A model generated the notes under the pieces. The model ran no database searches, had not been told where the DNA came from, and was given only the letters and a program-made list of their open reading frames with translations. Below are positions 1 through 12,012 of a stretch of DNA of 64,000 nucleotides, in pieces. The first letter of the stretch is position 1. Every line of letters begins with the position of its first letter. The DNA lies in NCBI GenBank assembly GCA_016748015.1, contig JAAOMT010000070.1, positions 248,001 to 312,000 on the forward strand, in the 5' to 3' direction. Made by a program: the position numbers and the translations under genes. Source of the stretch: Geosiphon pyriformis uo1 (Eukaryota; Fungi; Glomeromycota).

Positions 1-3000
1 TCTCAATCCAACATTGATTGTAGAAATCAGATACTGCCAATGCCACCTCCAACACATATGCATCAATAGCTGTTTGACTGTTGAGGTATACAATCAAGAA
101 ACAAGAAGATGGCACACATTCCAGAGACAAAGTGACAGCCTGCAATTCAGCCATAGTAAAAAAGGCAAAGCCATGCACTCCTACATTAATGCTCATGTCT
201 AATGCCAGAAAATATGCCACAGTATCACTAACCACATCATCAGGCCCAGTATTCCTCAATGAACCATCTGAATAAACTTCAAACAAGCCAGACCAAATTT
301 TATGTAAACTATCTTGCACCTTGGCAAACTCATTAGAATTCAGAATGTTCAAACCATCAGCCTGAAGAGACACAGACAGAACCAATGGTGAAAAGCTATT
401 ACTGTACAGAAACCTTGATGTAACATCAAACCAGTAGGGAACAGAGCCTTTGAAATCCAATCTTTTCCACCAATGGAAGGTTTTCCAATCCATAACACAG
501 CCCTTTTTATCAAAGAGCTTATCACTAAAAGCAATTTTAAAACATTTCAAAGACTAAACAAAACTAAGATATAAAGTCTTCTCAAGAATAGAAAACATAA
601 GAAAAACACCAGAACTATGAAAAGCATTAGGCAACTCATTTGCCAATAACAGCTTATTAGCTAAAAAAATCCTAACCACTTTAGCTAAAAAATTGTTTAC
701 AGGACTAAAAAGCAACTTAACTGAGAACTGCAAGGGATTTAGAGGAGCCCACTCCAAAACCTGCAGATCCAAGAATCTATGATGAAACAACCAACCAAGG
801 ATGCCAGAAGCATTGGAGAATGAGACCACAGCAGTTAATTTATTCTCTGATTGCACTTGCTCAAAGGACTTCAGACTATAGAGCAAAAAATGGTGTAAAG
901 CCTCATTAGGGAAATTTCAGGACAAGTGTGTTTTAGACTTGAGGCCCTTTTTAATCATGACATTCCACTTGTTGTACATACTTGATAAGACAAAACTAAA
1001 TTGAGTTTTATAACTAACAATAGGCTGCAAAACAGCTAACATCAAATAGGAAAACTGCTTGTCTATAATAGTCTTTCTAAGCACCACATTTACAAAGAAA
1101 TAAACATCAGCATAAGCCCTAACCAAATTCAGCTTGAAAAGTCTCTCAGTTGACAAAAAAATTCCCAGATATTTGTAAGTCTTGCCCTTTCCAGCCATGG
1201 AAATAGGTTGGCCATTAATACTTAAAGCAGCAAACTTAACACCTTGATTGATTGGAATGATCACTGTCTTCTCATTATTGATGGAAATGTCATTGATCGA
1301 AAAGAATTCACTGGCAATGTTCAGAGCATATTGCATAGAAGCTTAACAATCCTGACCCAAATTGTGTTATTCACAAATGCACCAGCTGCAAAAAATGAAG
1401 ATAAACCACTACTATTCTCAACTCTGCCAGTTTTTGCCACAAATTTAGTATCAATCTAATAACTGCACAAATGCTTATGTCTCTTAACTTTACACAAGAG
1501 AGGATCATAAAAGATTCTCTAAAGAAGGGGGGAGAAAACTTTATCCTGGTCCAATCTATCATGCACTCTATAGCCTTTTGAAAGGCCAAAATCTGTCATA
1601 ACTCTATTGATCCTATCTGTGTGTATGCTACCAAAAAATTTAATAAACCTATTGCATATCTTGATCCTATTTAAACTAGCCTCCAAGTAATGTCAACCAA
1701 CCGAGTCATATGCTTTGTGCATATCTTGCAAGATTAGCCAAAGTTCCCAACTCTTTTCCAATGTGTCTTCTACCACTGAACCAACTGCAAACACAGGAAA
1801 TTGAGTAGACATACTCTTCAAAACCAAAAAATTATCATCTTTAAAAACACCAAATTTATTGCATGCAGACGAAATCCTGTTGGAAATAACTTTGGAAAGA
1901 ATCTTTCTGGTGGTTTCAATTAAAGCAATAGGTTAAGTATTTATAAGAACTTCATTCCAGTCATAAGGTTTTGGAATCATTGAAACCCAAGCCTTTTTCC
2001 ACAAAACAGAAACACCTCTAACCACTAAACATATATTCAATAGTTCCAAAAGGCACTCCAACATTTCCTTACCACAATGTTTTCACAGCTTATTAGGAAT
2101 GCCAGACAAACTAGTGGCTTTATCATCAGACAGATTATTAACAACCAAAAGCAGCTTATTCATATTGATTGAACACATCACACTGAAGAAAGCATCATTT
2201 TTCATGTAATTTAATGACACATATTGGTGGGCTCAAAGATTAGGCATCACTGAGAGCACATTCTGCTTTTTCATCCAACTTTCCATTATTCTATTAATAC
2301 TGAGTTTGATTTTTTCTGGCTCTAAAACCAATTCATTGTCCACCACTAAGTAATTCAGGACTACTTTGCAAAAGGGACAATTCAAGATGCTTCTAATTAT
2401 GCCACCTTTATCAAAACAAAATTTTTCTATCTGCTTTTCTATCATCTTCCTAATAGATGCCTCCTCAGCCAATTTTGATTCAAACATCTTGGATTTTTGA
2501 TATTCTTTCTTAACCAAAGATAAATACTTAAGAACATTCATAGACCTCCTACTATTTTGAACTATTTCCATCACCACGATAGCTTTGTCAGCATCTAAAG
2601 ATGACCACTTCTCAATGAAACAATTATAACCAAGAATATTACCTGTGCTCAAACATTTAACTACTTTAGCAATTAACAGTTCCAATCCCAAAAACTTAGA
2701 TAAATATTTGTTCTTTGAACACTGAAACTTACTGAACCAATGTTTTGCAAAAATTTTATCAGCTGCACCAACCACCACTTTTTCCAAAACTGCTCATATA
2801 GTATCTACATTACCCTAAATTTTGGCATCAGAGAACATGGTCTTTATTACTGAAAGTTTGACAAAAAAGTATTCCTTAAATTTCAACCACTTAGCATCAT
2901 CTGCATTTTTGATCTTGAACTTCCAACAATCTTTATTAGTCTGTTTGTGCAAGCTATTCAAACAAACATCTAATAGCCCACTTAAGCCAACTAAGACCAA

Positions 3001-3679
3001 TACAGCATTGTAGTCAGTGTTAAAAAAACTAGAAACAAAGCAGACCTGATGACCAGTAACAGCAGACAACAAGGTTTTACTGACAAAAATATAATCAATA
3101 GTTTTCTCAGACCCTTGAAAGTTGTACCATGTGGAAGCCTTTACTAGACAATGACCTGCAAATGAATTGACTAAACTCAGATCTGAACAGAACTTGAAGC
3201 TTGCACTTCTCCCAGACCCATTCTCATTAAAGTCTCCACCCAAAACCACAAAAGTGCTGGAGTTGACAGCCTTTGCAATAAGAGAGTTCACAGCTAAAGC
3301 TTGACTAAATCTTGTTTTAGGAAAGACACCAGTATACAGTTCCAGAATTGTAACCAAAAGTTTGTCCTTAAATAAAAGCTGCACTAAAATAACTCAACCA
3401 GAGACCTCTTCAACTTTAGACACATGATGAGCAAGAGAATTGTTTATAATTACAGCCATCTTAGCACCAAAAAACCCCTTATCCAAACCAGTTATAAAAA
3501 CACACACTTTTAAACTTATTGGCTATCTATGATTTGACACTAGACCACAATTTAATTTCCATCATGAAAGACACCATACAACCAGAACTTACATGCCAAT
3601 AGACCACATCATTCTGCTTTGTAGAAACATTAATACCATGAATATTGCATGTAGCAAATTTCCAAACCAAATTATTCAT
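1..3679 (-). pseudogene. LINE-a ORF2 (APE endonuclease-RT-RNase H), disrupted
   Basis: Starts ATG AAT AAT TTG GTT TGG AAA at 3679. Many stops and frameshifts; motifs as above. Confidence 0.88.
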
Positions 3680-5324
3680 TAAGATAGAGGGGGAGCTAAT
3701 AAACTCAAATTAGAACACAAAGAGTTCAATCTTACTAAAACTAAACTGACTAAAATATCCAGAACCATTATTTTTAATTCCAGACCATCCATCTTGGTGG
3801 TAAAAACCTTCAAACTACTCAAACTGAATTCAGGAGCAATATTTTTGACCACCAGAGAGGAAATAGAAGAAGACACCATCACATTATCCACAGCCATGTC
3901 TGAATTCAAAGCTAAATTCAAGGGAACAGCAACAACAAGAGGGGAAACACAAGATATAGATAACATTGGCACCAATTCCACAAAACTTAGTTTCTTCAAA
4001 ATTACAGAAACTTGATCTGATAAAAGCTCTAAGAAGTACTCCAAAGAAGCCAAGCGATCAGTCAAACAAGAATCACCAAGAGAATTAGAAGCCATTAAAA
4101 AGAGTTTTACACCCAGAAATGAACCAGCACTAGATAAAACTAATAATACCCCATGAGAAGAAAAGCCACCTGCAATCTGAGCCCAAGTTTTTTCACCAAA
4201 AAACACTGGATAGACAATAGAAGTCTGTTTCCTTTTATAAATATCAACTAGACAAATCTGATCTTAAAAAGACACCACTCACTTATGACAAACTCCAGAA
4301 TTCTCACCAACTGAATACATATTAGAAATATGACCAAATTGTTTACACTTGGCACAACAAGCCAAAAAAAGACCAGTTCAGTACAAATTTACACTTTTAT
4401 AAATTAAAACAGAACCAATAACAGCCAATTTGGATGCTTCATTAGCAAAACACATTATTGCACATCTATCACATACATATGAGCTGGAATTATGGCCAAT
4501 GAAGCAAGTTTTTTTACCATATAATTCTATCAAACCAGAAAGATCATGTCCTATAGTTCTAACTGGAAGAGTATAAAGCAAAGCCCAATGCTGATCTCTG
4601 AATACTCATATTTGTTTATTACCAATGGCTTTTGCCACACAAACAGAATTTTTTTCCAAGAAAACAGACCATTTAGCTGTGACCAAATTAGCTATCTCAA
4701 ATGATTCATACTCCACCAAAGCTTTTTGTCACAAACCAATCAATTGTATCTTGATTGATACAATCTTCTTAAACTTAGAAAAAACAGATTTCACAGTTGA
4801 TTTGAGAAGATCAATTGAGATTTTCTTGACAATCACTTTCCAATCTGATTGGCTGTTAATCTTTCTAAGATTATCATTAACAAGAATTTTTTCACAGACT
4901 GCCAATTCCTTTGCCTTATTCAGACTAAATTCAGATGTAAATAACAACTTAATAATTTCAAAAATTTTTGAAGAAGTGGAAATCCCCCCAAAACCATCAA
5001 TTCAATAAAAAATTTTCTTGATTGCAATTAACTTATCACTATTTGTTTTTCCAGACACAGCAGACAATTCAACATCCAAAATGAACAATTTAATTGGTTC
5101 GAAGCTATGTTTCTTTAGGACATGTAATTTGGCAGACAGAAGCTAATTGGATCCAACAAATTTAGGTGCCAAGAGCACCAACTCAGTATTATTATTATTC
5201 ATATGTTTGAATAAAAACTGCTTTGGTGGGTTGCTCAGCACATACATCCACATGCAAGTTTTTTTCAGTATTGTTTTATCCATATTATCATTCTCACCTG
5301 ATTCTGCATAACTGGTTTCTTTGG
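3676..5324 (-). pseudogene. LINE-a ORF1 (RRM-like + CCHC knuckle + coiled coil), C-terminal part
   Basis: ORF fragments 3679-4206, 4378-4581, 4729-4947 and 5143-5337 match ORF1 of LINE-d (40933-42399). Confidence 0.85.
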
Positions 5325-6297
5325 TGTTACCAGACAAAATTAGAGATATTATTTAGCATAAAATTATCTTATAATTCCTATCATTAATTAACATCGTTTC
5401 AAATTATTACTTATTACATTAGCAAAAATGTCCAAAATTATTATTTAATTAATAACCCAAATTGTACACAACACAAATGTAACCTAATTGCGATGATCAA
5501 TCATGCAATACCCTGAACTATGTAACATTCAAAAGTTTGCCGAAATTTATAGAAATTCACCAAAATAATTGATAGTTTACCGAAATATCTAATAATTCAC
5601 AGAAATAACTTGTAGTTTGCTGAAATGTATCTTTAGTTTAGTGAAATTGTAGAAAATAGCAAAGTTCAAGTTCATAGAATAGTGTTATGACAAGTTGTAT
5701 AAAAGAAGAGCTTCTCTCTTTGAGAAATGTATCTTACTTTAGATTTAACAATTAGAATCATCCTTTACACACAAAAACGAAATAAATATCAAATAATTCG
5801 AAAAATCAAATCCTGAATTATTTCACTTTTGAAATTAACTAATTCCTACTAAACAGTTTGAAATTGATTAGCTACCAATTTCAGTAAACTGTTAGTGACT
5901 CCAGGCCTGGATAGAAAACATTTCCTTTGACAGAAATTCTATTTCTTTTACATTTCTTTTATTTTTCTTTTATTTTCTTATTACAATCATTAGGGTAGTC
6001 TACAGACAAGATTCCTGTAAAAGAGTTGACTTTCACAGCAAAGTAACTACACATTTTTAGTGAGCTTCCAGATGAGCAATTCCTGGGAAAGAGTTGACAT
6101 TTACTACAATGTAACTACATAAAAGCAACTGGCAAGGAATTGACCATTCCATTCATAAGTCCAGCAGCTCAAATTATAGGAGATAATTTGAGAATAAATT
6201 CAGTTATTGAAGGTTTAAACACTTCTCATAATCGTAAATTAACAGCATTACAATAAACATACAAGAGCTAAGAAGAGACCAAAAACCTCCAGTAACA
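5325..6297 (+). repeat. LTR-A 5' LTR (973 bp)
   Basis: TGTTACC...GTAACA; near-identical to 14207-15180. Internal AGTTYGCCGAAAT-like repeats at ~5531-5650 and a TATAAAA box at ~5698. Confidence 0.96.
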
Positions 6298-6299
6298 TT

Positions 6300-6315
6300 T
6301 GGTGCTCTTCCACGG
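6300..6315 (+). promoter_or_regulatory. Primer binding site (TGGTGCTCTTCCACGG)
   Basis: TGG begins 2 nt after the LTR-terminal CA. The same TT-TGGTGCTC follows the 5' LTRs at 16816 and 50723. Cognate tRNA not determined (it would end ...GAGCA-CCA). Confidence 0.85.
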
Positions 6316-6342
6316 AAACAACACAGCAAAAACAACTTCAAA

Positions 6343-8379
6343 GTGGCGACCACACCAGACACAACAACTCTAGAGTATTACCAATTAATTTACACCCACT
6401 GCAAGCAAAGATTCAACATTCCAGACGGAATTAAAATTGTCAAGAAATCAGTATACCAATACATTGAAAACTGCATCAACAATTATTTTTTTGGAAATTA
6501 CAATATCTCAGAAGTTAGAAGCAACCTTTACAATAATTTAGCATACTATTCACAGTTGGGAACTGAAGACCTTAACAGTGAAACACTTGCCACTTACTTT
6601 CATGAACTTAATTTTAACATTTTCAAATACTGTGAAGAAACATATCCAGTGCAGTCTCAATACACTATTGATTTTGAATTGGAAACAGAAACAAGCAACA
6701 AAGGCAAAAACAAATTGAAGCAATACTTAAAAACCACCCCAAATACTCCAACACTACCAAAAACAACTGCCAATTATTTACAAACACCTGAACAAGGAAC
6801 CAGTTCAAAACTTCCACTTACTATCACACCTTTTCCAGCTTCACTTGCACAAACACAAACACCTAATTTACCCTTGAATCAATTTGCAAGACCAGAAGAT
6901 TTTACATTACTCAGAAGTTCCACCAGACAACAAGAACTCCTTCAAACTAGCTCCAATCTCCTTGATTTTCTAGCTGAAAATCAAAGTGAACACTCTGAGA
7001 CAGCAGCAAACGAAGAAAACAACTCTGAAATAACTGAAGAAGAATCAATAGACAGTGAAAACGAAGAAGATGAAATGACAACATACATCACAAAAATCCC
7101 TAAATTCAATGGAGAAGATATTGAGACCAGTCCCCAAGAATGGCTTGACCAAGTTACTAAAGCTGGAGATGCAAATGGATGGAATTCTGCCAGAATGTTA
7201 AGAACAATTCCCTATTTTCTCAAAGGAACAGCAGGAGAATGGTTTAAAAACTTGGCTGCTCCATTCAATGATTAGAACGCTTTCAAAGCAGCCTTCCTTG
7301 AACAGTTTACCGACAATAATACCTCTATCACCCTTCATAATCATTTTCGAAATATCAAACAAGAACCCTCCAAATCTGTTATGACTTATATTGGGAAATT
7401 CAACAAACTTCTTAGACAAATTCACCAACTTGAAACAAACAATTATTATTTCAATGCTCAAATCTTGGATCAATTTATCACTGGTCTAAAAGATAAACTA
7501 ATTAAAAAGGTTTACCCACATGCACCAGAAGATTTAAACTCTGCCATACAGCATGCGAAAAGATATGAAATGGCCATGGAAGAGACCAATTGCACAAAAT
7601 TTGTAAATTTGGCAATTGGAAAAACCAGCTCAGCAGCTGAGGAAAAAATTAACCAACTTACAAAGAAGGTTGAAAACTATTTCACCAATCAACAACAACA
7701 GCAACCCCAAAGATATCAACCACTCCAAAGACAAAATCAAAATAATTTTGCACCACTTTCCAATAACCAGCCTCAAAATTGCCATTACTGTGGAATCTCT
7801 GGCCACTGGAAAAGAGATTGCAGAAAGCTACAATGAGACCAACAAAATAGGAGTAATTAACATTACCCTCCACCACAGCAATCTTATTATCAACCACTAC
7901 CATCAGCTTACTATCCACCAAAACTCCAATACCAAAATAACTATTATCAGCCTGCCCCACAGCCAATCCAACAGCAATACCAGCAACCGCTCACACAACA
8001 TTATCAAGTACCTGCTCGAAGACTGCTTACACAGAATCAATTCACACCACAAAATTGATACCAAGTAAACAACAATAGAATCAGTTCGAATAACCAATTG
8101 GTTCCTCAAAATTCTACTCAACCAAGACCCAACCACTACTACACTCAACCCAGTTATTTAACAATGCCAGAAGAACAGAATTTTCATCATACTGCACCCT
8201 CGGAAGGTAGAGCTGCAGCATAACAACAAAACCCTTCCTATACTCTTACCACAATCCCACCAGCCAGAATTGCTGAAAATGCCAACCTTTCAGATATATT
8301 TCCTTTTGAGTTCGAAGCAAATGAGTTATCATCCCTGCTTAGCAATGCAGCTGCCAATGAACAAAAAGCAATCACGGCT
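6343..8379 (+). pseudogene. gag: LTR-A gag (long N-terminal extension, capsid-like domain, CCHC knuckle, Q/P-rich tail)
   Basis: IPKFNGED...EWLDQV...LKGTAGEWF; CHYCGISGHWKRDC knuckle. In-frame stops only. Confidence 0.9.
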
Positions 8380-8760
8380 ATGTACACTGAAGCAGAAGTC
8401 AAAGGAAAGACAATTCGCTTGATCCTAGACAGTGGATCCACTGGAAGCATTATCACCTACCAGTTAATACAACAGTTGAAGAGAAATGTCGACCAACCAG
8501 CTCAAACAGTAATCGTCACTGTTGATGGCATGAAAAAGACCCCAGTAGGAGAAATTGACAATTTTCCATTCACTTTTGATGGAATCACCATTCCAGTCAA
8601 AGTTCTTGTAATGGATGCACCTCAGTACCAAGCTCTCGTTGGAAATGATTGGCTTCAAAAAGCCAATGCTAATCTGAATTGGGAAACACAAGAGTTAACA
8701 ATCTCCTACCAAGAACAACACGCCCAGGTATCTGCCACTTGTAATACATTCAACAAACAC
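8380..8760 (+). pseudogene. LTR-A aspartic protease domain
   Basis: LILDSGSTGSII and ALVGNDWL retropepsin motifs. Confidence 0.92.
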
Positions 8761-8929
8761 TCTGAAAAAGCCCCAGCTTTTGAATTCGAACCAGAAAAGG
8801 AAAAACCTCTCATTGAAACATTCATGGCTCTTGGATCAATGTTCAACTGGGCCGATGAAACAGAACAAGAACATTTTACCCCACACTCTGAACCCGAAAT
8901 CTCTAGATGGAATATCCCTTACTCAAAAC

Positions 8930-9575
8930 CTGAACTAAGAAAACAATGCCCTTATATTCCCCTTAAATGTAAGAACTGCCACAAGAAACTATTGTCAATG
9001 GGAGCCTGCATTTCACCTGAAGAAGAATATGAAAATCATACTTGTTATTACTGCAAGGCTTGCCACAGAGAACAATGGGGCCATCTAATAAAAAGGAGTG
9101 GAAAATGGGACAACACCCCTTGTTTGACTTGTGGAGATATGCTACTGGAAGAATGCAATTGGATTGATGTAGCCATAAGAGAAGGAGTCTGTGATCAGAC
9201 CTGCCAATATGCTTTATCAATTTCAGAAAAAGTAAAAAGAGGAACATCCTTTAATGCAGCATACAACAGTGCTCTCAACAAACTTTATCACTACCTCCAT
9301 GATGCTGAGATGATTTTCGACCTAGCAATGGCATTAATTAATAGAGCTACCAAAGAAGATGTTCACCAAATGAAGGAAGCAGAATACATTGAATACACCA
9401 TGAAATTAGCTGGATTTGATTACGAAGACAAAGTAGAAGTCTACCACCAAATTGCAAGTCATACCTACCCAACTCAAGAAGCTCAAATTCAATGATTAGA
9501 GCAAATGAACATTAGGCTATGTGAAAAATGCATTATGCCTTGCAATGAACAGTGGTGTCCTGAATGCTATGCTCT
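8930..9575 (+). other. Cysteine-rich (multi-CxxC) module within pol, function unknown
   Basis: CKNC, CYYCKAC, CLTC, CDQTC, CEKCIMPC, CPEC. A homologous block lies in LTR-C at ~53760-54390. Confidence 0.75.
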
Positions 9576-9689
9576 TAGTATTTTCTTGCCCAGTGAAAAT
9601 GATGAAAACAAAATTGAATTTGGAGAACTTAAAGCAATGGAAGAAATTGAAACAATATCTATCTACCTTATCAAAAATCAGCCTGCCTT

Positions 9690-10122
9690 ACAACTTAAAT
9701 ACTTCAACAACAATGGACAAGGAATAAAACCCGAAAAAGCACATAAAATTGATGCTAAATATGACCTAAAATATCCAGGCAAGGATACTCTTGTTCTCAA
9801 ACCCAAATCTCTCACAAAAATCAATCTTAAAATTGCACTCGAAATCCTACCAGGAGCAATGGTTCAAATTATCTTCCAGTCCTCTCTGGCAAGCAAAGGA
9901 ATCAATGTCAAAGGAGGAATAATTGATGCTGGATATACTGGAGACATTACAGTGATGCTTCAAAATGAAACTGACAAACCATTCAAGATCGAACATGCTG
10001 AAAAAATTGTCCAAGCTATTTATCTACTCTTAATCAACATTTCAGGTTTGCAACTAGTCAATCAAAGAGAACAATTAGGAAAAAGTGATAGAGGAACCCA
10101 AAGTTTTGGTTCAACTGGACGA
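9690..10122 (+). pseudogene. LTR-A dUTPase domain
   Basis: All five trimeric dUTPase motifs, some mutated: DAKYDL, QSSLASKG, GIIDAGYTGDI, IVQAI, RGTQSFGSTG. Confidence 0.92.
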
Positions 10123-10549
10123 TTCACAGTTCCAGTTAACATAACTTTTAACACACAGAACAAATCCCACCAGATTCTCAGACTTCTACAACCGATTACC
10201 ATCTCACCCTTTGGAGAACATCCAGAAATCTACACCTGCCCAAAGCCAACAACCACACAACAAAATTTTGAGTTCAATGAACAAGTCTGCTTGGAACATA
10301 ATATTTTGATCCCAAACATTTATATTCCAGAAGGAACAAAGAAAATACAAGTTACTTTTTACAACCCCAATAATTACCCCATAATTTTATTAAATAATTT
10401 AGAAATTGGAGTTATTTACAGTAATATATTTCAACAAGAATTACCCCAAACAGTTCCCAATTTCTCTGAAATTATTGGACATTCACTACCAAAAATCAAC
10501 CCAAACCCCAGCTCCGAAAACTACCATGTTGTCATGGAAAAACTATCTC

Positions 10550-11961
10550 AAATCAACATGGGACAACTTGAACCACAACAACAGACCCAACTCAAAAAGC
10601 TAATTGCAGAATTTGCCGATATCTTCGCTGAAAACAACAATGACTTAGGAAAAACCAATTTGGTCCAACACCAAATTTATACAGAAGATGCCAAACCAAG
10701 AAGACAACAAGCATATCGAGTTGCTCCAGAAAGCCACCAATTCATCCGAGAAAAAGTACAATGAATGCTTAACAATGGGCTCATTCAACCCTCCATGAGT
10801 CCTTGGACTTCATCTGTAGTGCTAGTTAAAAAAAAAAATGGAAAGATCCGATTTTGTGTTGATTATTGACAACTCAACAGTATTACAATTAGAGATGCCT
10901 ACCCCCTTCCCTGGATTGATAACATGTTAGATGCCCTTGGAAAATCCAAATACTTTTCAACACTAGATTTAGAAAGTGATTACTGGCAAGTTGCTATGAA
11001 TCCCAAAGATCGCCCCAAAACAGCATTTACCACCCAAGACGGAAATTATGAGTTCAATGTAATGCCTTTTGGATTATGTAATGCACCAGCAACATTTCAG
11101 AGATTAATGGATGTTGTGTACCAAGGACTTCTTTGGAAATCAGTAGTTGTTTATCTTGATGATACTGATGTTTATTTTCTATCATTCGAATTACACTTAA
11201 AACACCTGCAAGAAGTTTTTCAATGATTATGAAAAGCAGGACTAAAACTCAATATCAAAAAATGCTATTTTGAAAAAACAAGCCTGGCCTTCCTTGGTCA
11301 TATTGTTAGTAAAGATGGAATTAAACCAGATCCTGGAAAAATCAGCGTTGTCAAAAACTTCAAAACTCTTCGAAACACTACAGAACTAAGAGAATTCATA
11401 GGATTAGCATCCTACTATTGGAAGTTTATCAAAGGATTTTCGGAAATTGCAAAACCCTTCAACCAGCTTACCACCAAAAACGTTGAATACAAATGGACTA
11501 CCGAACACCAAAAAGCTTTTGAAATTCTCAAGGAAAAACTGACAACAGCTCCAATTCTCATCTACCCGGATTTCAGCAACCAATTTCGACTAGCTACAGA
11601 TGCTTCATATACTGCCTTTGGTGTTATCTTATCACAACTAGACAACAATGGAAATGAGTGAATAATTGCTTATGCTAGCAAAACATTAAAACCAGCTGAA
11701 AAAAACTATCCTGCCACAGAACTAGAAACAGCAGCCATAATTTGGGCCCTACACTACTTCAATCTTTATCTTAGGCCTAAAGAATTCAATATTATCACTG
11801 ATAATATTGGATTCAAATGGCTTCAGAACAAAAATACTCAGCTGAATGCAAAACAAACCCGATGGACAGAATTTCTAGCAAACTATTAATACATAGTATA
11901 TCACAAACCAGGAAAACTCTACACCAATATTGACTGTCTCTTCAGAATAAGACAAGATTAG
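10550..11961 (+). pseudogene. pol: LTR-A reverse transcriptase and RNase H
   Basis: RFCVDY*QLN, FSTLDL, MPFGLCNAPATFQR, VYLDD, FLGHIV, TDAS, ELET, HKPGK..N.DCL.R. Ends at TAG 11959-11961. Confidence 0.95.
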
Positions 11962-12012
11962 AAAAAACAAAAACCAACACTCAACTTAACCAACCAAAAG
12001 AGCTAACAAACA

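Larger units (their letters stand above)
1..5324 (-). mobile_element. LINE-a: non-LTR retrotransposon, 3' part (ORF2 runs off the window start; ORF1 interrupted by LTR-A)
   Basis: Minus-strand fragments give APE (GGDFNE, TIDYIF, 2815-3384), RT region (NDISINNEKT, YLGIFLS), an RNase H start near 280, and ORF1 (VFSKFKKIVSIKIQLIGL). Colinear with the better-preserved copy at 36108-43000. Confidence 0.93.

Noticed and set aside
9690-10122. Host or endosymbiont dUTPase gene / bacterial horizontal insert
   Set aside because: It is in frame within pol, between paired LTRs, and present in several family copies.
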